Origin: Methanobacteriaceae archaeon
GTDB taxonomy: Archaea; Methanobacteriota; Methanobacteria; Methanobacteriales; Methanobacteriaceae
Assembly (NCBI GenBank): GCA_003558085.1
Contig: PWMT01000094.1
Span: 1 to 13,473 of the forward strand
Direction of reading: 5' to 3'
Length of the DNA stretch: 13,473 bases
Positions 8,375 through 13,473 of the stretch are shown in pieces. The notes below the pieces were generated by a model. The model made no database searches. It was not told the origin of the DNA and saw nothing but the letters and a program-made list of their open reading frames with translations. A program made the translations under genes and the position numbers. Numbering within the stretch: the stretch's first letter is position 1; every line of letters starts with the position of its first letter.

Positions 8375-9733
8375 ATGAAAGTTATAATAATTGGTGGAGG
8401 AGCAGGAGGCCTCTCGACAGCTTCCAATATACGTAAATATGATAAAGATGCGGAAATAACTGTAATTACTCGTGATGTAAATATAGCGTATTCTCCTTGC
8501 GCCATACCCTATGTATTATGTGGAGAAGTGGATTGTTTTGAAGATATAATTATGCATCAAGCAGAAGATTATCTAGACCGAAATATTAAAGTAATTACTA
8601 AAGCAGAAGTATTTGATGTGCAAAGTCAAGAAAATAAGGTTAAATATTACTTAAAAGATCATAAAGAAATTGAACACGAACTTGAATATGATTATCTAGT
8701 TATTGCTACCGGCGGATCTCCCTTTATTCCTCCAGTAGAGGGTACTGATCTAGAGGGAGTTTTTAAAATTAGAACTTTAGAAGATGGAATTAAAATTGCT
8801 GATTGGGCCTCTAATAGTAAAAAAGCTGTTGTGGTGGGGGCAGGTTTAATTGGATTAGAAATAGCCTATGGTTTAAAAAAAAGAGGTTTGAATGTAACTG
8901 TAACTGAAATGCTTCCACAAATTGTTCCTCGGTCTCTAGATCCAGACATGGCTCAGATTGTTCAAGAATATTTAGAAAATGAGGGAATCAATCTCATTTT
9001 AGGACATCCCTTGGATAAAATAATTGGAAATGCACAAGTTGAATGTGCTGTTTTGGGAGATCATTCTATAGATGCAGACATGGTTGTTCTAGCTACTGGT
9101 ATTCGCCCTGAAACCACCTTAGCAAACATTGCTGAATGTGAATTGGGTAGATGGTCCATCCAGGTTAACGAAAAAATGCAAACTTCTATTCCTAATATAT
9201 ATGCTGTGGGGGATTGTGTGGAAGTCTATGATGCTATAACCGGTCAAAGCACCCAATCTCTTTTAGGCAGTACAGCGGTTAGACAGGGTAAAGTAGCTGC
9301 TCGAAATATAGTGGGTTTAAATTCAGAATTTATACCAGTTTTAAACTCTGTTGTTTCAAAAATAGGTAAATTAGAATTTGGATCAGTAGGATTGACTAAA
9401 GTTTCTGCTATTCATAATGGTATAGACGTCATATCCGGCAAGATCAGGGCTTTAACCAAGGCCAGATATTATCCGGGAGCAAAAAAAATAGATGTAAAGA
9501 TTGTCTGCAATTTAAAAGAACTCATTATCGGATGCCAGATTATCGCTGAAGAAAGAGTTGCTGAACGGGTGGATACCATGTCTCTAGCCATATCTCAAAA
9601 AATGACGTGTTCTGAACTAGCCAGCACTGAATTTTCTTATGCTCCTCCACTTTCGATGGTCATTGATCCCATCATATTAGCTGCCGAAGAGGCCTGTAAA
9701 AAAATAAGCAGGGTTAATAAAAAAAATTCTTAA
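8375..9733 (+). CDS. FAD-dependent pyridine nucleotide-disulfide oxidoreductase, CoA-disulfide reductase / NADH oxidase family
   Basis: FAD motif GGGAGG, single redox Cys42 in YSPC, ATGG, NAD motif GAGLIGLE, YAVGDC, YYPG and SYAPP. RBS GAGGTG at 8359-8364. Confidence 0.93.
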   Translation: MKVIIIGGGAGGLSTASNIRKYDKDAEITVITRDVNIAYSPCAIPYVLCGEVDCFEDIIMHQAEDYLDRNIKVITKAEVFDVQSQENKVKYYLKDHKEIEHELEYDYLVIATGGSPFIPPVEGTDLEGVFKIRTLEDGIKIADWASNSKKAVVVGAGLIGLEIAYGLKKRGLNVTVTEMLPQIVPRSLDPDMAQIVQEYLENEGINLILGHPLDKIIGNAQVECAVLGDHSIDADMVVLATGIRPETTLANIAECELGRWSIQVNEKMQTSIPNIYAVGDCVEVYDAITGQSTQSLLGSTAVRQGKVAARNIVGLNSEFIPVLNSVVSKIGKLEFGSVGLTKVSAIHNGIDVISGKIRALTKARYYPGAKKIDVKIVCNLKELIIGCQIIAEERVAERVDTMSLAISQKMTCSELASTEFSYAPPLSMVIDPIILAAEEACKKISRVNKKNS

Positions 9734-9887
9734 ATTTTTTAAGTTGAGAAATCTGTTTAAGATTCGTATATAATATGGAGCAGACAAGTTTCATTTTTAG
9801 AGCTTATCATGGAAGTTTTAACCTTTTTTAATATAAGTTGGTTAGCATATATGCATTTAATTTCACCAAATTTTTATTATCCTTGAC

Positions 9888-9938
9888 TGTTTATTCACCA
9901 GCGAACATTCTTAAGTAGGCGAATATATATAATATAAA
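9888..9938 (+). promoter_or_regulatory. Putative promoter of the msvR-like gene with two tandem degenerate TTCG-N8-CGAA boxes abutting the TATA region
   Basis: TTTA-N8-CGAA (9890-9905) and TTCT-N8-CGAA (9908-9923) at 18-bp periodicity, followed by TATATATAATATAAA (9924-9938). Confidence 0.5.
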
Positions 9939-9981
9939 GTAGATTTATTAATAGTTTATATTTTAACAAGGGTTGACTAAT

Positions 9982-10767
9982 ATGGGAGATTCTAAAATAC
10001 AGACGAAGATTTATAATCAAAATATACAAGAAAAGCCGATACTAGTTTTTTCTACTTTAAAAGGAATAAGTGTCATACAAAGTCCATCTAAATCTGCCAT
10101 ATTGTCTCTTTTAAAAGAAAAAGAGCATACATTTGATGAAATAGTAAAAAGCAGTGGAAAATCTAAATCAACAGTTTCGGTTCATCTTAGTGACTTAATG
10201 CAGCAGGGAATAATTGATTCTAAAATAGATAGTAGAGATAAAAGAAAGAAGATTTTCTACTTAAATTCACGTTATGTTGGCAAGTTCATTCCCCAAGTAT
10301 GGGATGAGAAAGAAGAAAGTCGCATAGAATTTTTAATGGAAAACCTATTAAATCAAGGAAATCCTCATGAATTCTTCCATTTAATGTTCCATATACTTCG
10401 AGTAGAGCTAATTCAGCAAGGAATTAATATCGATCCAATTTTATACCATTCTGGAATTAAAATTGGTCAAACAATTTATAATCAGATTGAAGATGATCAA
10501 ACCGATAATTTCATTAAAAAATTGTCTCATTTTTGGAAAATTAATGGTTTAGGGAAAATTGAGGTTGAAAATAGAAATCCCATTATCCTGAGAGCCTACG
10601 ATTGTTTTGAATGTGAAAACTTACCTCAAATTGAGGAAGCTGCTTGTCCACTAGGAACAGGTATAATAGAAGCTGTTTTTTCCATTCATTTTGCTAAAAA
10701 AGTTAAAGTATCAGAAACAAGATGTTATGCTCAGGGAGATGAATACTGCTGCTTTGTAATTAGTTAA
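9982..10767 (+). CDS. msvR: MsvR-like redox-sensing transcriptional regulator (ArsR-type HTH + V4R domain)
   Basis: HTH 'ILSLLKEKEHTFDEIVKSSGKSKSTVSVHLSDL' and V4R features 'FWKINGLG', 'DCFEC', 'AC…G.IEAVFS', 'ETRCYAQGDEYCCF'. ATG 9982 is preferred over TTG 9973 because of the RBS-like AGGGTTGA upstream. Orthology to MsvR is inferred. Confidence 0.82.
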   Translation: MGDSKIQTKIYNQNIQEKPILVFSTLKGISVIQSPSKSAILSLLKEKEHTFDEIVKSSGKSKSTVSVHLSDLMQQGIIDSKIDSRDKRKKIFYLNSRYVGKFIPQVWDEKEESRIEFLMENLLNQGNPHEFFHLMFHILRVELIQQGINIDPILYHSGIKIGQTIYNQIEDDQTDNFIKKLSHFWKINGLGKIEVENRNPIILRAYDCFECENLPQIEEAACPLGTGIIEAVFSIHFAKKVKVSETRCYAQGDEYCCFVIS

Positions 10768-10937
10768 AATAATAGCTGAGCTATTAATTGATAGTAAAAT
10801 TATAATCTAGCCCAGTTTATAAATAGAGGGTTAACTTCGGAGAATACTTTACAGTATTACATCACACTAGATACTTATTTCTAATATCAAACCATTTCAA
10901 CCTACTAATTGTTATCTGTTTTAGTCATAAATTATTT

Positions 10938-11642
10938 TTATAATTTATACTTAGAAAATTTAACTAATGTAGTGGACAGATATTTTTTATGGTTAACAAA
11001 TCCCCTGCTAATTTCTTCATCGTCCTTGGTACAATTTTTAACGGAAATTATTTCTTTTTCCCGATGATCACTTTTTATAGTTTTTTCTAACAATTCACTG
11101 TGTCGGGATGTTTTCATAATCACAAAGGTATCCCCATCTTTTAGAATATTTTTTAATCTATGGTCCACTTTAGGCACGATTACTAAAATATCATCCTTTT
11201 CTACAAGAGGGATGCCTGCACTGGACGCACATCCCGTGAAGGATGTAATTCCCGGTATCATTTCGACCACGTATCCTCTAGCTTCTATTTTCCGTTGTAT
11301 ATATGAAAAGGTACTGTAAATTGAGGGGTCACCTAAGGTTATAAAAGCTACATCCTTACCCTGATCTAAAAATGATGCCACTTGATTTGAGGCCCGATCC
11401 CAATGATCTTCTAAAGATTTATAATTTTCAGTCATGGGGAATACAGGTTCTAAAACATGGTATTCTTTTTTTCGATTATTCAGTGTATTTTTAACTATCG
11501 AAAGCGCGATACTGGGCCTTTGAGGAGCAGAACGAGGAGCACAAATTATGGGAACATTCTTTAGAATTTTTTGAGCTTTTATAGTTAAAAGTTCAGGGTC
11601 TCCTGGCCCTATTCCAACTCCAATTAACTTTCCTTTTTTCAT
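10938..11642 (-). CDS. cbiL: Precorrin-2 / cobalt-factor II C20-methyltransferase
   Basis: GKLIGVGIGPGDPELLTIKA, PVFPMT, VAFITLGDPSIYSTF, IPGITSF and FVIMK. Start placed at ATG 11642 (MKKGK…) with GGTG RBS upstream. The ORF track starts at 11672. Confidence 0.92.
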   Translation of the reverse strand: MKKGKLIGVGIGPGDPELLTIKAQKILKNVPIICAPRSAPQRPSIALSIVKNTLNNRKKEYHVLEPVFPMTENYKSLEDHWDRASNQVASFLDQGKDVAFITLGDPSIYSTFSYIQRKIEARGYVVEMIPGITSFTGCASSAGIPLVEKDDILVIVPKVDHRLKNILKDGDTFVIMKTSRHSELLEKTIKSDHREKEIISVKNCTKDDEEISRGFVNHKKYLSTTLVKFSKYKL

Positions 11643-11837
11643 AGATACACCAGCAATTGTAGGACTTAACATAGTATTTATATTTGCTAAAAAATTTTTT
11701 AATCTCCATAAAATTTTTTATTGCTTTGCTTGTGAAGTGGTTGATTATTATCTTATAAATAACTACAGTTAACAATAAAATAGTTCTCATCTGGTCTCTT
11801 ATCACCTATTTATACCATCATAAACAATATAGATGGT

Positions 11838-13473
11838 ATGGTTTTACCTATTTTTTGCCCGGACTGCGGAATGCTTAGCAAACGATGTATATGTATTAAA
11901 AAAGGTCAAAAAAGCACTGAAAATTTTTCCAAGAAATATTCTAATTCCAACCCAGCCTCAAACGAATTTGAAATAGCTAAAGAGTATTTATCATCCACCC
12001 GACAAAGAGAGATAAAGAACCAATATCCTAATATAGATGATAAAATAATTGCTAATTTTCCCTTCCCCCATCCACGAGAAGGACAGTTAGATATAATATC
12101 AGATATCTATGAGGCCTTAGAGAACGGATTTCGTTATGTAGTGCTCGAAGCAGGTACTGGTACAGGAAAATCAGGAATAGCCTCTACTTTGGCCAGAATA
12201 TATCAGTCGGCATATATCCTAACTATGACCAAGCAGTTACAGACTCAGTATGCACAAGAATTTGGATTTTCCCAGGTTAAGGGAAGAGCAAATTTCATGT
12301 GTAAAATGGATAATTTGGAGTCTAGTTGTGATATTGGAAATTGCCAGACCACTCCTAGTTCACAGAAATTTCACTGCCAATATGGGGTGGCTAAATCTCC
12401 CACACTGGCTGCCAGTGAAGCATTTACAGATTCTTACGGGAACTCTATTTTTTTTCAGTCTGATGATCATTGTCATTACTGGGAGCAAAAGGCCAATGCG
12501 ATCAATAGTCCGATAACTCTTATGAATTATGACTACGCTTTTCTAGAATTAAATTATGTAGGCCATTTTAATTCACGAAAGCTTTTGATTCTAGATGAAG
12601 CTCATAATATTGAAGATAAACTAATGCGAAGATTGGAGTTAAAATTGTCCCAAAAAAGACTGGAAAAAGATATTAAAAAAGGCCTTCCTTCTTCAATGAT
12701 GGAAGAAACCGATCCCGAGGAGTGGATTCTACAACTTGAAGCCATATGTGATTCTTATAAAGACTTGAATCTTAAAGATTTACCTAAAAATAAAGCTGAC
12801 CACATTAAACGCACCATATTCCGTTTAGATGATCTTCAAGATAGTTTGAAAAAGGAACCTCAAAACTGGGTACTGGACAGTGTTCCAGAAGGAATAAGTT
12901 TCAAACCCTTAAGGGTACATCAATATGCTTTTGAACGTTTATTTAAACATGCTGATGCCTGTTTGTTTATGAGTGCCACCATTCTTTCCCATCAAATGTT
13001 TTGCCGATGGTTGGGGATGGACCCCAGGGAAGTATATTTTATAAAAGCAGATAGTCCTTTTCCTTCCTCTAAAAGGCCTATAGAACTTAAATTAGCCGGT
13101 AAAATGTCTAAAAATAGAATTAAAACCACCGCTCCAAATACCTTGCCGATTTTAAACAAAATTTTAAAAAGACATCAATATGATAAGGGTCTAATCCACA
13201 CCCATAATTACCAATGTCAAAAGTACCTCTTAGAAAAATTACCTCACTCTCGTTTAATTGCTCATAATTCATTAAATAGAGAAACTGTTTTAAATAACTT
13301 TGAACGCAGCCAACATCCCATGGTATTGGTTAGTCCGTCTATGAGTGAAGGTGTGGACTTACCTTATGATAAATGCCGATTTCAAGTAATTTACAAGGTG
13401 CCATTTCCCTATTTAGGAGATAAACAGGTAGATATGCGAAGAAAACGTGATCAGCGTTGGTATGCCTATAAAA
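11838..13473 (+). CDS. DinG/Rad3(XPD)-family ATP-dependent DNA helicase with Fe-S domain, 3'-truncated by the window edge
   Basis: Hand translation from ATG 11838: MVLPIFCPDCGM…, Q-motif FPFPHPREGQ, Walker A AGTGTGKS (12150-12173), KGRANFMC, DEAH (12594-12605), MSAT, and EGVDLPYDKCRFQVIYKVPFP. It is absent from the ORF track because no stop falls inside the window. Confidence 0.93.
   Translation, partial: MVLPIFCPDCGMLSKRCICIKKGQKSTENFSKKYSNSNPASNEFEIAKEYLSSTRQREIKNQYPNIDDKIIANFPFPHPREGQLDIISDIYEALENGFRYVVLEAGTGTGKSGIASTLARIYQSAYILTMTKQLQTQYAQEFGFSQVKGRANFMCKMDNLESSCDIGNCQTTPSSQKFHCQYGVAKSPTLAASEAFTDSYGNSIFFQSDDHCHYWEQKANAINSPITLMNYDYAFLELNYVGHFNSRKLLILDEAHNIEDKLMRRLELKLSQKRLEKDIKKGLPSSMMEETDPEEWILQLEAICDSYKDLNLKDLPKNKADHIKRTIFRLDDLQDSLKKEPQNWVLDSVPEGISFKPLRVHQYAFERLFKHADACLFMSATILSHQMFCRWLGMDPREVYFIKADSPFPSSKRPIELKLAGKMSKNRIKTTAPNTLPILNKILKRHQYDKGLIHTHNYQCQKYLLEKLPHSRLIAHNSLNRETVLNNFERSQHPMVLVSPSMSEGVDLPYDKCRFQVIYKVPFPYLGDKQVDMRRKRDQRWYAYK

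Noticed and set aside
11593..11805. 70-aa - strand ORF upstream of and overlapping cbiL
   Set aside because: Overlaps the cbiL start out of frame, spans the divergent promoter region and has no recognisable motif. An RBS-like AGGTGA overlaps its start, so a leader peptide is not strictly excluded.
11643..11837. Possible cobalamin riboswitch upstream of cbiL
   Set aside because: No B12-box or GC-rich structured core is visible.
12250..12516. 88-aa + strand ORF
   Set aside because: Out-of-frame overlap within the DinG-family helicase CDS.
1..13473. CRISPR array, tRNA/rRNA, transposase/integrase or defence-system genes
   Set aside because: No spaced repeats, GC-rich structural RNA or recognisable mobile/defence ORFs. 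The DinG helicase has no cas neighbours in the window, so type IV CRISPR is not supported.

Overview
AT-rich, gene-dense archaeal chromosomal window. GGTG/GAGGTG ribosome-binding sites, TATA-like promoters, DUF166 and an HTH-V4R regulator point to a methanogen, probably Methanobacteriaceae (inference). Gene order: a three-gene ABC-2/NatAB-like exporter operon (-); moeA and an M50 site-2 protease with a PDZ domain (+); a 61-aa six-cysteine small protein (-); a DGC-domain / ArsC / DUF166 operon (-) divergent from a CoA-disulfide-reductase/NADH-oxidase-type flavoprotein (+); an MsvR-like ArsR-HTH+V4R regulator (+); cbiL (-); and a 3'-truncated DinG/XPD-family Fe-S helicase (+) that the ORF track missed. 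I see no rRNA, tRNA, CRISPR or transposase. The best candidate for an undescribed system is the Cys-rich thiol/redox-metalloid module at 6319-10767. Smaller signals include tandem MsvR-type boxes, a 17-bp in-frame duplication of the DUF166 3' end, inverted repeats centred on stop codons, and a bipartite motif shared by two divergent promoters.
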